Origin: TPA_inf: Saccharomyces
Taxonomy: Eukaryota
NCBI GenBank assembly: GCA_000146045.2
Contig: BK006948.2
Location: forward strand, 384,001-448,000
Direction: 5' to 3'
Length of the DNA stretch: 64,000 nucleotides
Shown in pieces: positions 46,247 through 59,531 of this stretch (position 1 is the first letter of the stretch; every line of letters begins with the position of its first letter). A model generated the notes under the pieces. It was not told the DNA's origin. It saw only the letters and a list, made by a program, of their open reading frames with translations, and did no database searches. The translations under genes and the position numbers were made by a program.

Positions 46247-47626
46247 CTAACTTCTCCTTTTGGAACTGTTGACGTACCTTCCCTTACCAATGCGGACGTT
46301 ATGCTGCTTCAACCCAGTAATTGCAAATGGAGAAATATAGTTATCCGCAGAACCGCCACCAATCCAATTGTTTAGAATCTTCTCGTTGTGTCTTCTTGTC
46401 CATTCTTCTTGCTTTATCACCTTTTCGTACTCCTTTTGATCTTCTCTGAGAATCACATTTTCCTGTGGTTTAGAATGTACGTGTCCCTTTTTGCCGTACC
46501 TTTTTTGGGAGTTCTTAGATAAGGGGCTGGCTACAGAATATCTGTTTCCTCTATTGTTCCATTGGAAGTTCGACTTCAAGTGCGGTGTAACGTTCCCCGT
46601 GCGTGAGTCAACGGAAACTGCGCATCTTAATAAGGTACCCTGTCCACCGCATGAGGCACAGAAGTGCTTTGGCTTGCCGTCTTTTGGTAGAGGAAATATT
46701 TTGAAACAGGCGTGGCATCTTAGCATATAATTACGGATTCGCTTGATTTTCAGACCTGACATGAAATTCATTAGATTTAGATTCATCTGCAACGCTACAT
46801 TTTGGACGGCAAAATCGCCAGTCGCCAATGCCACCTGATTCTCTGGTCGATTCAATGCGACATGGCGATCCTCTTCGGACGCTTCTACACCCAATGAACC
46901 AGTGGTATCTTCACCACTATCCTTAATAATTGCTTCTGTTAAGTTCTCGGGGGTAATCCAATCACCATCATCATCAGCATCCTCGAATACTTCATTTAAA
47001 TCGGAAGATTCCTTTATATTTTCATCATTACATATCTGCTCTTTGGATCCAGCCTCCTCAACATGTTCCTCAGCTTTACTCTCTAGCTCAAGGTTTGCAT
47101 TTTCAGCTTCTCTTGCTTCTCTTGCTTCTCTTTTTGCCTTTTGCTTTTTTCCACCTCTTCTCTTGTTCTTTTTTTTTGGAACACTTTCAGAGTCCTCCTC
47201 CTTTTTATTATCTTCTGTGAGCTTCTGTTTGCCGTCCGTACCAACGTCAGCCTTGGACGCATCTAATGCATCACCTGGTTTTTTCCTCAGTCTCCAATCG
47301 CCATTATTTAGTTTAATTTCTAACTCGTATGTCAAAGCAAGAATATGCAAATCATTGGCACTCAGTACGGAGTAGTCACCGGTCAATTTGGCGAACGTAC
47401 TTACTTTGGCTATCGAGTTTTCACTTGGATGTACTAATTTCAAAGTTCCGAGGCTCTGCCAAATTTCAAGGTTTTTCCTTGCTTGAGCATCCTTAATTTC
47501 TTGAAAAACTGTGGGAGTAGTATAAAAAGACTGTGCATAATTCTGGTAATGTGTGTAGGACTGCGTAATTAATGGGGTGGCATCCAATATCAACGCCCTT
47601 ACATGTGCGGTTTGGTTTTCGGTCAT
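46247..47626 (-). CDS. NOB1: PIN-domain endonuclease that cleaves pre-18S rRNA at site D (459 aa)
   Basis: N-terminal PIN domain, C-terminal zinc ribbon (CHACFKIF...CASCGG), length 459 aa. Confidence 0.95.
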   Translation of the reverse strand: MTENQTAHVRALILDATPLITQSYTHYQNYAQSFYTTPTVFQEIKDAQARKNLEIWQSLGTLKLVHPSENSIAKVSTFAKLTGDYSVLSANDLHILALTYELEIKLNNGDWRLRKKPGDALDASKADVGTDGKQKLTEDNKKEEDSESVPKKKNKRRGGKKQKAKREAREAREAENANLELESKAEEHVEEAGSKEQICNDENIKESSDLNEVFEDADDDGDWITPENLTEAIIKDSGEDTTGSLGVEASEEDRHVALNRPENQVALATGDFAVQNVALQMNLNLMNFMSGLKIKRIRNYMLRCHACFKIFPLPKDGKPKHFCASCGGQGTLLRCAVSVDSRTGNVTPHLKSNFQWNNRGNRYSVASPLSKNSQKRYGKKGHVHSKPQENVILREDQKEYEKVIKQEEWTRRHNEKILNNWIGGGSADNYISPFAITGLKQHNVRIGKGRYVNSSKRRS

Positions 47627-48170
47627 ATTATGCTCCTTTAAAGAAACTTTAGAAAAATACTGAACTATGATCGCCGATGAGATTTATCTAGCGCTGACTG
47701 AACGACCTCTATGTTAAGAACATACTTGAGATAATGGTGCTGTTTCTCCATGTAGACTTCTTCTTAGCAGGTAAAAATTTGCCAATGCAAAACAAAGCTC
47801 ATCGAAAAATTTTGATCTTGCATTATGGAATGTCCGGGTTTTTCTATTGAGACATTCAAATTTTGAATTCTTCTTCAATAGAACCAGGCTCAGCACAGAT
47901 ACAAGAGAAATGATAGTAGATAATACCGCCATAGTGCTTATGCATCATCTGCTAATTCTTTTAAGAATGATCTTCTCAGTCTTACACTGACGAGCACTAT
48001 ATTGATGACTTTGATCACTATAAACGAAGCCAATATAAGCACTTTAGGGTGTAAGGTCTCAAGATGAGTTGATCATATGCGATATATCTTTGAACGCTAA
48101 TAATTGAACGAAAGCACTATGACAAAGTAATGGCAGAAGTCTTTTAAGGTTAAAGAGGTAGTTGTTTTAA

Positions 48171-49373
<1,203 letters not shown>

Positions 49374-49687
49374 ATGATTAGTATATACCTACACAATTAC
49401 AATATGTAGATATATAGTATGGTAGTAATGTTACATTTTCGATTTAGACTAGCCAACCTGCGTATTTACTTGGAATGCTTACATGATTATATTGAATATT
49501 ACAAATTTTATTATGTCCATATTAATCCAGAGTCACGGTGCAATGGAAAAAGGAAAGGGAGAATGATAGAATAAAAGAAGGAAAGAAAGAGACAATGTAG
49601 CGAAGGCTAGAAAGTGATGTGAAAAAAAAAACCACAAAAAAAATAAATAAGAGATCAGAGGGTTAAATGAATGCGCTTTTAAGAAAT

Positions 49688-52345
49688 TCAAATATCTGTA
49701 AAGGAGAATCCATTCAATTTCGAAACTTGCTCATTTTTCCATGTAATAAAATCCTTATCATTTTCATCTTCCATCATACTGGTATCATCAAATCCGCTTT
49801 CAATATCTTTTTGTTGAATGTTTAATTGAAATTTACCTTCTGGCGACATGGAAAGTTTATATATGCTGTGCTCAGGTTCTTTATAAGGACTGCTCAATTT
49901 TTGTGCGTAATCTTCTAATGAGCTTTTGCGTTCCGGGCTTCGTACATTCTCCTTACCCGTGGTGCCAGTCGACCTTTTAAGAAGTTCTAAAGCCTTTTCT
50001 TTAGTTAATTGAGGGATATGACTACCCTTAGTGTCGACTTTGTTCAGCGGGATAGGAAACAATTGGCGTGGTTTTACTGCATGTTCGCCATGCGTATGAT
50101 TTATCCTAGGCGATGATGAAAGATCGGATGATCTGTTTCTGTTTAAGGTAGGTCTCTCTATATTCCCTTTGGAATTCCTAGATATTACTGTGGGTGCTAG
50201 TAATCTTGTTGCTCTTCTGTTCGGACTAGATAACTTCGTTGTTCCTTGCATATGACGAGCAAGCGAGTTCTCTTGGGATAGATCATTCTTTGTTAAGCCT
50301 TGTATTGTTTTCTTTGAAGGCGTTTTATAAGTAATGTTGGCATCATTTAAATTCAAACCAATCGGTACCCTGATGGAACTTTCTGTGGCCTTGAAAGTGT
50401 TTTTTATGACTTTATTCTCTTTGTTCGCACCACATTTTCCCTTTTTAGATCTCTGCATTCTAACTCTACATCTTGGATATTTTGCTTCGATTTCCTGTTG
50501 CTGAATGTCAATTGCTTCTGAAAGTGGCTTACCTTTGAACAAAAAAGGTTGATCAAATAGACCATCGGCCTCTTCTAATTTAATTCTTAAATCATTGATG
50601 ACTCGAGGAAAGTGTCTTGTTATCCTTTTCCTCATTTTTTCTTCAGTTAGTAATATCTTATGAGAATTTCTAGACAAAAGCCGTGAAGAGTCTTTTGAAC
50701 TTCTTTCCAAAAATTCTTGATCTTCTTGTAAAGATTCAAAATCTGATATTAATTTTAAAATTGGCTTATAAAGGGTCAGTTTTTCTTCTAGTCTTTTTAG
50801 CTCATTTTCGCAAGTTTCTAGAAGAAGCTCATCTTCCTGTAAAGTTGTTGCACTGTTCCTTAGTTCTTCAAATACAATGATGAATTTAGACCGACTTTCT
50901 TCTGAATACTGTAACGTACGCCACAATTCCTGAATTTTGTCCCAGGAATCTGATATAAGTTTTTTTATTAGTTTTTTTTTCATTGCTTCAAGTCGCATAA
51001 CTTCTTTAGAGATTCTACCTAAGGACTCGGTTGATAAACTTGAATTGTTACGCATAAAAGTCTTTATGTATTCTTGAGAAATTTTTAGCCTTGTCCAAAG
51101 TTTTTGGCATTGTTCCATCAGGAGCCTCTTTTTGTCTGCTCTTTCCTTATGGATAGCTTGCAGTTTTTCCAATGTAATATCAATTTTAGACATTCTTTCT
51201 CTGTCTACCGGGTGGAAATTTGGTATTTCTGATGTGGAGTTTTCCTCTTCTCCATATGATCTTAGATCTTGTTCAAAATCTTCACCGATTAACGTTGCTA
51301 GGGGAGTTCCAAGTTGTTCACATATTGATGAAATACTAACCTTTTTTGTGAGTACGCTTTTAAACCTCCTCTCGTATTCTTCCTCGTAAATTTTTATGAC
51401 TTCATTCATGTGTTTCACAGATTCTTCGTTAATAGTTTTAAATGCCGATCCCTTTAAAATATCTTTTCTATTATCTATAATAAATTTCATGGACAAACCA
51501 ATATCGCCTTTACCATTTTCTATTTGTAACAAATATGCGGTTAATGTGCTTAATTCTGGAAACTCGGCGATAGCCTCGTTATCTGCTTCTGTCAATCCAG
51601 GAAGGTTTTCTTTTACAGATTGTATGAGGTGTTTTAGAGTGATTAAGGATTTTAAATAGTCGCGGAGCCTGGGTAAAAAACTTCCTAGGACAAATTTTTT
51701 TGCTGTATCTAATGCTGCTTTTTTGCTTAGTAAGGAAAGTGGCTTTTTCGGTGACTGTGGCACAGTTTTACTTTCTTGCAGTAGAATAGCATTTCTAATG
51801 TATAAGTCAGGAATAGTCTTTATGCCACTTGGGTCATTTATTCTCTCTAGAATGTTATTTAGAATATCCTGTTCAATTCCGTTCTCTGCGGACAGTCTTT
51901 TCAATTCTTCGTCAGCTTGCTCAAAAAATTGTTTTATGGAATTAGATATAGTGGTGAATATGATTTTCTCCTTGGTGATAATTTCCGTATTAGAATACCC
52001 AATATTTTGATATATGACATTGAGATTCTCCAGTAATTTCTCTAGATCCTTTGAAATAAGAATGAAATTTTCTCTATACATATTATCCATTGTGTTACCT
52101 TTACCATTTTCTGAGTCTAAAAAATGGTAATTAGTGGACACGTTTTTCAAAGGAGAACCAAAATCTCTAATACGAACTGGGGTCAACTTCATAAACTCTT
52201 TAGAATTTGATTGATTTACCATGGTCGACACAGTCAACGGTGTTGCTAAAGAAGGGTTCATATGCGGTATAACTGTAGTAGACCCAGAATTTTCGCTGTT
52301 TCTCCTCGATTTAATGGGCAAAGGGGAAGAAGTTGCTGTCTCCAT
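49688..52345 (-). CDS. ASE1: Anaphase-spindle microtubule-bundling protein (MAP65/PRC1 family; 885 aa)
   Basis: Length 885 aa, extended coiled-coil core, basic Ser/Thr-rich C-terminus. Confidence 0.95.
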   Translation of the reverse strand: METATSSPLPIKSRRNSENSGSTTVIPHMNPSLATPLTVSTMVNQSNSKEFMKLTPVRIRDFGSPLKNVSTNYHFLDSENGKGNTMDNMYRENFILISKDLEKLLENLNVIYQNIGYSNTEIITKEKIIFTTISNSIKQFFEQADEELKRLSAENGIEQDILNNILERINDPSGIKTIPDLYIRNAILLQESKTVPQSPKKPLSLLSKKAALDTAKKFVLGSFLPRLRDYLKSLITLKHLIQSVKENLPGLTEADNEAIAEFPELSTLTAYLLQIENGKGDIGLSMKFIIDNRKDILKGSAFKTINEESVKHMNEVIKIYEEEYERRFKSVLTKKVSISSICEQLGTPLATLIGEDFEQDLRSYGEEENSTSEIPNFHPVDRERMSKIDITLEKLQAIHKERADKKRLLMEQCQKLWTRLKISQEYIKTFMRNNSSLSTESLGRISKEVMRLEAMKKKLIKKLISDSWDKIQELWRTLQYSEESRSKFIIVFEELRNSATTLQEDELLLETCENELKRLEEKLTLYKPILKLISDFESLQEDQEFLERSSKDSSRLLSRNSHKILLTEEKMRKRITRHFPRVINDLRIKLEEADGLFDQPFLFKGKPLSEAIDIQQQEIEAKYPRCRVRMQRSKKGKCGANKENKVIKNTFKATESSIRVPIGLNLNDANITYKTPSKKTIQGLTKNDLSQENSLARHMQGTTKLSSPNRRATRLLAPTVISRNSKGNIERPTLNRNRSSDLSSSPRINHTHGEHAVKPRQLFPIPLNKVDTKGSHIPQLTKEKALELLKRSTGTTGKENVRSPERKSSLEDYAQKLSSPYKEPEHSIYKLSMSPEGKFQLNIQQKDIESGFDDTSMMEDENDKDFITWKNEQVSKLNGFSFTDI

Positions 52346-52779
52346 TTCAACATCAAAAGTAGTGAATCCAAAATGAAACCTTTGAATTCTAATGCCAGAA
52401 TGCTATATCTGATGATTAAAAATAGCCTATTAAAATGCTCTAATTAGTCCTTAAAATAATTATTCTCGGTAATAGCCGTTTGTTCGTATCTTTGCTATTG
52501 TTCTGTGAAAAAACCAGGTATTCGACTTTAATAATATTTTTGTATTTGTTTCCTCTTAAAGATTCTCAAGCTTATTTACCTTTTACCTCATTGGGAAATA
52601 TTAGATGACGAAAGAAAATCACACTGTACGATTTTCTGGGCGGTTATTTAGTGAAATTAAATAATAACGTAGATATGGCAGACAGACTTATTGTTTATAG
52701 GCAGTTCTTTACAATTGTAACTATAAAAAGTGGCTATACTAGGAAAGAAAGTTTTTAAAGATGATTTGTTTTTTCTATC

Positions 52780-52900
52780 TTAAATCTCATATATTTATTT
52801 TTATTCACTTCTGAGAAATACAAGTTGCATGTCTCAAAACTTTTACTTTTCAACAAAATATTAATCAAAAAAAATAAATGAAAAAAGAAGACCATATTGA
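52780..52900. other. Possible replication origin (near-ACS matches in an AT-rich spacer). I recall an ARS in the ASE1-tK interval.
   Basis: ATTTATTTTTA and the reverse complement of TTTCATTTATTTTTTT are 1-2 mismatches from the WTTTAYRTTTW consensus. Evidence is weak. Confidence 0.15.
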
Positions 52901-54170
52901 AGAACATTTAAAATCCTTTGTTTGAAATAGAGATCAAATATCTTGTATTAGCTGGTTTTAAATCAGTAGTATATTGCTATGTATGGTTTGATAAGATGAT
53001 ACAGATTGTTAGACGAAATTATTATCATAATGTTATCTATATTATGGAATGCCAACAATCATCAGCAAATACGTAAATATGACAATGGAAATGAACAAAG
53101 AAAAGAAGAAGAGAAAAATATAATACTATGTAGAATTGTCGAGCTCCAAAGGATATTCTATCTTGTTATCCGTAACATAATCAGCAGGGCGATCTGTGCA
53201 CTTGTTATGAACATATGACATTTTTATTTATTCCCTTCGTGTTATTGTACTCGTGTTTTTTATAAATTTTCCTTCCTCGTAGATGGCTTGAATACCAAGT
53301 AATATTTCTTCTACCACAGTATTACTGGCGTAAGCAACTGAATTCTCCGAAAAGTTTTTTAGATAAACTGCCAAGTTAGTCTGTCATTACCTTTATATCG
53401 TCTTCCTTTAATCTGTAGGTCAGAGTGTTCACTGCTTCAAATAAATCTGCAGATATTCTTCCATTATATTCAAGGTTCAATATTCTTCATGCTTTATAGA
53501 GAACAGTTTGAAAATTGCTGCAATTGATTTCTAAAGTTTTCTTGAACCAAATTGGCAACAAATGAAACGGAACAAACGTTTGAAATGTTTTGTACAAATA
53601 TGAATGCTCTTCGTACGATAGTGGTCGCAGAATTCACCCTGTTCATTAGAATGAATGTTGCCTGTGGGTTGGAATTTTTCAAAACTTGATGTAGAATTTA
53701 GTCCAAGTAGAAGTATTCTTCCCCCACAGAATGTGTGGCGGTGAAAAATTGCGAGACGTGATTGGTGTATCAAAAAACATACGAGATTGTTGGGTTAGTA
53801 TACTGTTTCAACTACGTGAAGGGCTTCTCAATGGTGATATATACTATAAAATTGTTGGTTGAGTATCTGATTGAAAATACATCGACGACATTATAGTCGG
53901 GCGTCCTAAAAATGACCAACTAGATGGCTTGGCTTGATTCGGAGTGATTATATCGCTATAAGTACGGTCCATTCTGTGACGACAGTAATTGAGCAGATAC
54001 GATGATGATGATTCTCTGGAGCAGCTGATAAAACAGGTGTATTATCCGTTGAAAGTTGGCGTTGCTGGAAACCTTATCATATGAGGTTTGCAAATTGGAA
54101 ACGTGTGACGAATTTGATTTGTGTACGCTTCCCTAGAAGTAACCAAATCATAGGCTCTACCATGAGGTAA

Positions 54171-54484
54171 TGAATGATTATTATTGGGCTTCTACCGTTG
54201 CTAAAGGCTATAATATTAGATACACAAAATATATGAAAGTTCCCCTCGAGAATTGAAATCCACCAAAAGAGTATCCATATCTCTTTCTAATAATATTGAT
54301 ATTCTTCTTCTGTTCTTTATGATAATAGTCATTATATTATTACATTATATATCCTTGCAATCCAGCTCCCATTAAATCTGATGACTGTTTCTCATCTTTA
54401 GGGTTATCTTTTTACGCCGCATATGATACTATATTAATAATATGAATGCTAGTCGATAAATAATACTTGATTCCTATTCCAACA
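54171..54484 (-). mobile_element. Degenerate solo delta LTR (Ty1/Ty2) about 160 bp upstream of tRNA-Lys
   Basis: The reverse complement aligns by eye to the delta consensus, with roughly 75% similarity across about 314 bp. Examples are ...ATCCTTGC..TAAATCTGATGACTGTTTCTCATC..CATATGATACTATAT... ending ...CTATTCCAACA, and CTCGAGAATTGAAATCC / GCTATAATATTAGATAC near the other end. Confidence 0.6.
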
Positions 54485-54642
54485 TACTCTATCCAAAATT
54501 ATTTCCTTTATAAAAATTATACCTCAACATTTATCAAATAGTTTAGCAATGTATCCTTTTCGGTAGTTAATTACTTTAAATAACCTAAGTTAAATACCCA
54601 CTATCTATAGAAATCTTTATTTAGGACGCTCCGAAGAACTCA

Positions 54643-54738
54643 TCCTTGTTAGCTCAGTTGGTAGAGCGTTCGGCTTTTAAGCGCATTTGCTTAAGCAAGG
54701 ATACCGAAATGTCAGGGGTTCGAGCCCCCTATGAGGAG
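54643..54738 (+). tRNA. tK(UUU): tRNA-Lys(UUU) gene with a 23-nt intron 3' of the anticodon (96 bp precursor, 73-nt mature)
   Basis: TCCTTGTTAGCTCAGTTGGTAGAGCGTTCGGCTTTTAA [intron] CCGAAATGTCAGGGGTTCGAGCCCCCTATGAGGAG. The A box (TAGCTCAGTTGG) and B box (GGTTCGAGCC) are present, and there is a T-rich terminator downstream. Confidence 0.9.
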
Positions 54739-54905
54739 TTCTTTATTTTTGTCAGTAACTATTCGGGTACCATCCTCTTCTTTTCTTTTTCCCCCACTAT
54801 AAAACGAGTCTATCAATTCCCTTCAAGCATTAGTGGTAGTAATACATTTTAATCACATGAGAGTGTTCATTCAAAAATATATACTATTTCGTGTAAATCA
54901 AGTGC

Positions 54906-56258
54906 TCAATTACTCTTGTGCATCAAGTATGCTAGTAATTGGGCCGTAAATTCGATACAAGCAATCCCAGTAGCAGCTGTATTCTCGTCCATTCCTCTAC
55001 GTGCCACAATCACGCCATGCGCATTTACAGCCTTTATGTATATTGGAACTCTAATCCATTTCAATTTGTTTAGATTTCTCAAAATAACCTTTCGGTTTTC
55101 ATCAAAAGGCAGTTTTTTAAATTTAGATTTCCAAACACCATCATTTATAGTTGTGTATTTTTGGATAAATTCCTTCCAAGGAAGCTCTTCTTCGTTTACA
55201 AGATTACTATTACTTGCTTCATAGTTCGCATCCATATCTAAAGCCGAATTTATGATGGACCCGTATGCATCTGTAACATAGCCTTTCAGTTGCTCCGTCA
55301 ATCCTAATTTTCCTCTGACCTCATTGTGAAGAATGCCATTAGAGAGCATTTTGCGGTACTTGCAAGTAACAATATAACTATAAGCGGTTCCCAGGCCATT
55401 CATAACCAGGGCTATTGGGAGAATTAAGAATGTTGCAACTAGTATAATAAGAATAGTGCGTCCCCACTTTTTATAAGTCTTGGTCGGTTTAGTAGGAGCA
55501 TGGCTGTTAACGTTTAAAGCGTTTAGGTCGACAATCTTAGGCAATATTCCTTTATAGCCAGATCCCGGAATCTTTTCTTCGAATGTATATTTCAATTTGT
55601 TGTCAAAATCTATAAATGGGTCGCAATCCGTAATAAACGCCGTATAGAAGGCTACCGTACGGTCATTTTTGACATTCGCAAACGCTATCCTCCATTTAAA
55701 TAGCGAGAGTGCTTCAAGGTACTCACCCTGGCTCAATTTCACCAATATATTGTTACTAGAATTTGCGATAAACATTTCTCTCCCGCTTTTACCTAAAATA
55801 GTAGATCCCAAGGTCCTCAGCGCACTATATAACGCACTTTTATATGCTATGCCCGTAGGATTGTAAAACTCTACCCCCAAATGAGGCGTTGCCATTGTAA
55901 TGAATAATTGTGGTTCAATATCCTCGAACAGTTCTTTAAATTCGGTCAACATCTTACCGATCATAAATCGGGCCACTAATCCGCCTTGCGAATATCCCAT
56001 TACGCTTAGTTTGGTGATTTTCCCGTCTTTATAATCTCGGATAAATTCACAAACTTCAATCAATGTCCTGTACCCAATGATTTCGATACCATCAAACGTC
56101 TTAAACATGGCATTCTGCTTTGGTAAAAAATATATCATATCATCGTTAACATCTTCCTTTTTTAATGTAGTGGATAAAATTGTCCTCATAGATTCCATAT
56201 GAGTATAGTTACCCCATAGCCCGTGAATCAGCACAAAAAGGTGTTTATCCGAAGTCAT
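54906..56258 (-). CDS. LPL1: Lipid-droplet phospholipase of the DUF676 alpha/beta-hydrolase family (450 aa from the ATG at 56258)
   Basis: HGLWGN and GYSQGG lipase motifs, and length. Confidence 0.85.
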
Positions 56259-56389
56259 CTGAAGCGCTGTATAATATATATGGTTGATCACACGAAGTTT
56301 TCTACCGATTATTGCAGTAAAGAGTTGCCACCCTTTCTTTATTATCTTTGTTTTTCATTTTGATCTTATATACTGAAAATCCCCGTTGA

Positions 56390-57163
56390 TCATGATTTGG
56401 TAAAGAGCTTCAGAAGAGTTTCCACAGTTTCCTGCAATGATTCAAACGAAACCTCTTCACCAGATCCCATCGAAATGCGTTTTAATTCATCCCTGTGCGT
56501 AAATTCAGCTGCATCAAACGTTATCTTGTATAACTTTTGATAGTCTGTAATAGAATTAGAAATACCTCGAAGTCGGAGGCCACCCAAAATTAGCTTGGAC
56601 AAAGTTTCATTGAATTGAAGCCGTTTGTCATTAATATGCACGTTGCGATACACTTCCGTTTTCGTTCCGATCTTCCTTTGTTGAGATTGTTGTATTATTA
56701 TATCAATACTACCTTCCTTTGATACGGAGGCCCTTGTCTTTCCAATATCTTGCTTCAATTTGGTGACCTGGCCATCAAACTCATGCTTCATTGTTAGATC
56801 CACTTGAAAGCAGTTTAACTCTGTGTTCTCTCGAAATATAATCAAGTATGCTGGCTCCTGCGATCGCTGATCGACCTTGTCAAACAATTCAATGACAATG
56901 CCACGATTCGCGTTCCTTAGTTTTGATTTGAAGTAAGCCTGTGCGGTTGCACTGGTACTATAACATCTATATGTATTCATATTTGTGGAGCGGACCCACA
57001 AAGGCAGTTTTGCGAGATCTACATACTGAATGAATTGTCCCCTCAACTCTGAAGTTGATTTACTTGCTGTAGGTCGATTGCTCCAAAGTTGGATATCCCT
57101 AATGACCAAACTTCCCTGCTTTCCGCTAAGAGTAAAATTTAGTGTGCATAATTTCCGTGACAT
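56390..57163 (-). CDS. SLD7: Replication-initiation factor partner of Sld3 (257 aa)
   Basis: Length and position between LPL1 and CKA2. Confidence 0.8.
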
Positions 57164-57533
57164 CAAAAGTCAGGCGAATTGGTGAATGCTGTCCCCTTTC
57201 AAGGCAGTCTATCATTTCTTAGTTACCTGCCAACAGGCCTTTATCAGGCCTCAAAGAAAAAAATTTCCTTGCGTAGCCCGCTTTTCGCCCGAACCTGGCA
57301 AAGCAAACAGACGATCGAAAAATTTCCAACGATCTTATCTAGGTGGAAGTTATAAAAAGAAGAATAAAGCATCGTCAACCTTTTTAACCTGAATTGGGAA
57401 ACAACGGGCACACACATTTGTTGGAGTTTGTATGATTGCTAAAAAATAAAAAGTAATTAAAAAAACATCATAGAGTTGTAAGGTCTCAGGGAAATAGAAG
57501 GAACAATAAACCTAAAAGAATAGAAGAAACAGA

Positions 57534-58553
57534 ATGCCATTACCTCCGTCAACATTGAACCAGAAATCTAATAGAGTCTACTCTGTAGCTAGGGTGTACA
57601 AGAATGCCTGCGAGGAGAGACCACAAGAATACTGGGACTACGAACAAGGGGTGACCATCGATTGGGGAAAGATTTCCAATTACGAAATTATCAACAAAAT
57701 TGGAAGAGGGAAATATTCCGAAGTGTTCAGCGGTAGATGTATTGTAAACAACCAGAAGTGTGTTATTAAAGTTTTAAAACCAGTTAAAATGAAAAAAATT
57801 TATAGAGAGTTGAAAATTCTGACCAATCTAACAGGCGGCCCCAATGTTGTTGGCCTTTATGATATAGTACAAGACGCTGACTCCAAAATACCTGCTTTGA
57901 TCTTTGAGGAAATCAAAAATGTTGATTTCAGAACTTTATATCCTACATTCAAACTTCCTGACATCCAGTATTATTTCACGCAATTATTGATTGCGTTAGA
58001 CTACTGTCACTCCATGGGCATAATGCACAGAGACGTAAAGCCTCAGAATGTCATGATTGATCCTACGGAACGTAAACTAAGGCTGATCGATTGGGGCCTG
58101 GCGGAGTTCTACCATCCAGGTGTAGATTACAACGTTCGTGTCGCTTCGCGTTACCACAAGGGACCAGAACTTTTAGTAAACTTGAACCAATATGACTACT
58201 CCCTAGACTTATGGTCAGTAGGATGCATGCTAGCAGCTATTGTCTTCAAAAAAGAACCTTTTTTCAAAGGGTCGTCTAATCCAGATCAACTGGTAAAGAT
58301 TGCCACAGTACTAGGAACCAAGGAACTGTTAGGCTATTTGGGTAAGTACGGGTTGCACTTACCATCTGAATACGACAACATTATGAGAGACTTTACAAAA
58401 AAATCGTGGACACACTTTATAACCTCCGAGACCAAATTAGCTGTTCCTGAAGTGGTTGATTTAATCGACAATTTATTAAGGTATGACCATCAAGAAAGAT
58501 TAACAGCAAAGGAGGCTATGGATCATAAGTTTTTCAAAACGAAGTTTGAATAA
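57534..58553 (+). CDS. CKA2: Casein kinase II catalytic alpha' subunit (339 aa)
   Basis: Protein kinase subdomains ([28 protein letters not shown]) typical of CK2-alpha. Length 339 aa. Confidence 0.95.
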   Translation: MPLPPSTLNQKSNRVYSVARVYKNACEERPQEYWDYEQGVTIDWGKISNYEIINKIGRGKYSEVFSGRCIVNNQKCVIKVLKPVKMKKIYRELKILTNLTGGPNVVGLYDIVQDADSKIPALIFEEIKNVDFRTLYPTFKLPDIQYYFTQLLIALDYCHSMGIMHRDVKPQNVMIDPTERKLRLIDWGLAEFYHPGVDYNVRVASRYHKGPELLVNLNQYDYSLDLWSVGCMLAAIVFKKEPFFKGSSNPDQLVKIATVLGTKELLGYLGKYGLHLPSEYDNIMRDFTKKSWTHFITSETKLAVPEVVDLIDNLLRYDHQERLTAKEAMDHKFFKTKFE

Positions 58554-58724
58554 TTGGACAACAATACTCTTAGCAAGGCAATTCTTTTTCCACCACTGAT
58601 TTCCATTTATAAAAAGCAGGGGTTTTCCTTTTTTGTAGCTTGATATTAGAGAATATCCTTAATGTGAATATTAAATTGCAAACTCTATTTAACAACGAAT
58701 GTAGATTATTATATGACCAGAAAA

Positions 58725-59531
58725 TCACTTTATATAGATATAAGAGCCTTCCGTAATGCTATGCAAGTTTTGATGAATTATTATATTGTCGTGAGGCGTG
58801 TTCCGAGGAGTTTCGTCGCCATTGGGATAGAGATGCTCGTAATCGTACGTGTCTGGAAGTGCCTGCCGACGGTAGCGATGTCTACTCTCGTCCCAGACAA
58901 TGGAATAGTTTTGGAATTGTTCTACATCATTTATTAGAACACATGATTCACGAAATCTCCCACGTTTGTCAATATCTCGCCTACGAACAGTGTCATCGAA
59001 TGATATTGAACGCTGAGAGAGCCATTTACCTTTTGAGTAAAATACGCTGCCTTTTTTCAGCAATGAAGAAGCACTTCCCTCCTTTCTTACATCCAATAAT
59101 TGCTTCCCTTGTTCCTTTATATTCCCCATAGGAAAGTCCGTTGGAGTAGGTTGCTCTCTTTCATGTATTCCAACCAGATCAGGTCCGTAAAGAACAGTAA
59201 CGTCTATTTCTTTATTCCAGTTTATGCTTAGTGGATCAATTTTGTATTCATCTAAATTGAAGTGCTTTATGGACCACCTCCTCCATATACAATGATACAA
59301 CCTAGCCATATATATGCTATAGTCAAACTCATTTTCAGAAGAGCAACTGGGTAACCTTAATAATTTATGCTTGCGCATTTTCAGCAACAAGCGCCAGGTA
59401 GTGGACACGTCCAAGCTATCATAGTTAAATTTGAAATGAAAATAATCTATGGCGGGGCGAATATAGTTGGTGGCGTTGTCTAATAGTGCTATATTTTTTT
59501 TTGTCAGCACACTGTCATCTAAACTAGTCAT
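58725..59531 (-). CDS. Protein of unknown function, paralogue of YKR075C (268 aa from the internal ATG)
   Basis: ORF 58725..59594. The length matches YOR062C when started at MTSLDD. Confidence 0.75.
   Translation of the reverse strand: MTSLDDSVLTKKNIALLDNATNYIRPAIDYFHFKFNYDSLDVSTTWRLLLKMRKHKLLRLPSCSSENEFDYSIYMARLYHCIWRRWSIKHFNLDEYKIDPLSINWNKEIDVTVLYGPDLVGIHEREQPTPTDFPMGNIKEQGKQLLDVRKEGSASSLLKKGSVFYSKGKWLSQRSISFDDTVRRRDIDKRGRFRESCVLINDVEQFQNYSIVWDESRHRYRRQALPDTYDYEHLYPNGDETPRNTPHDNIIIHQNLHSITEGSYIYIK

Noticed and set aside
46902-47375. 157-aa Ser/Leu-rich + ORF antisense to NOB1. Other antisense ORFs of the same kind: 35858..36397 in RAT1, 14345..15694 in SHE4 and 44305..45912 in VHS3.
   Set aside because: Such antisense ORFs are typical inside long AT-rich yeast genes. 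They have low complexity and no motifs.
52950-53900. Possible additional LTR relics (TGTTGG... starts at about 53791 and 53855; AT-rich blocks) in the ASE1-tK spacer
   Set aside because: I could not align them to delta, sigma or tau consensus by eye beyond the terminal hexamer. They need a RepeatMasker check.
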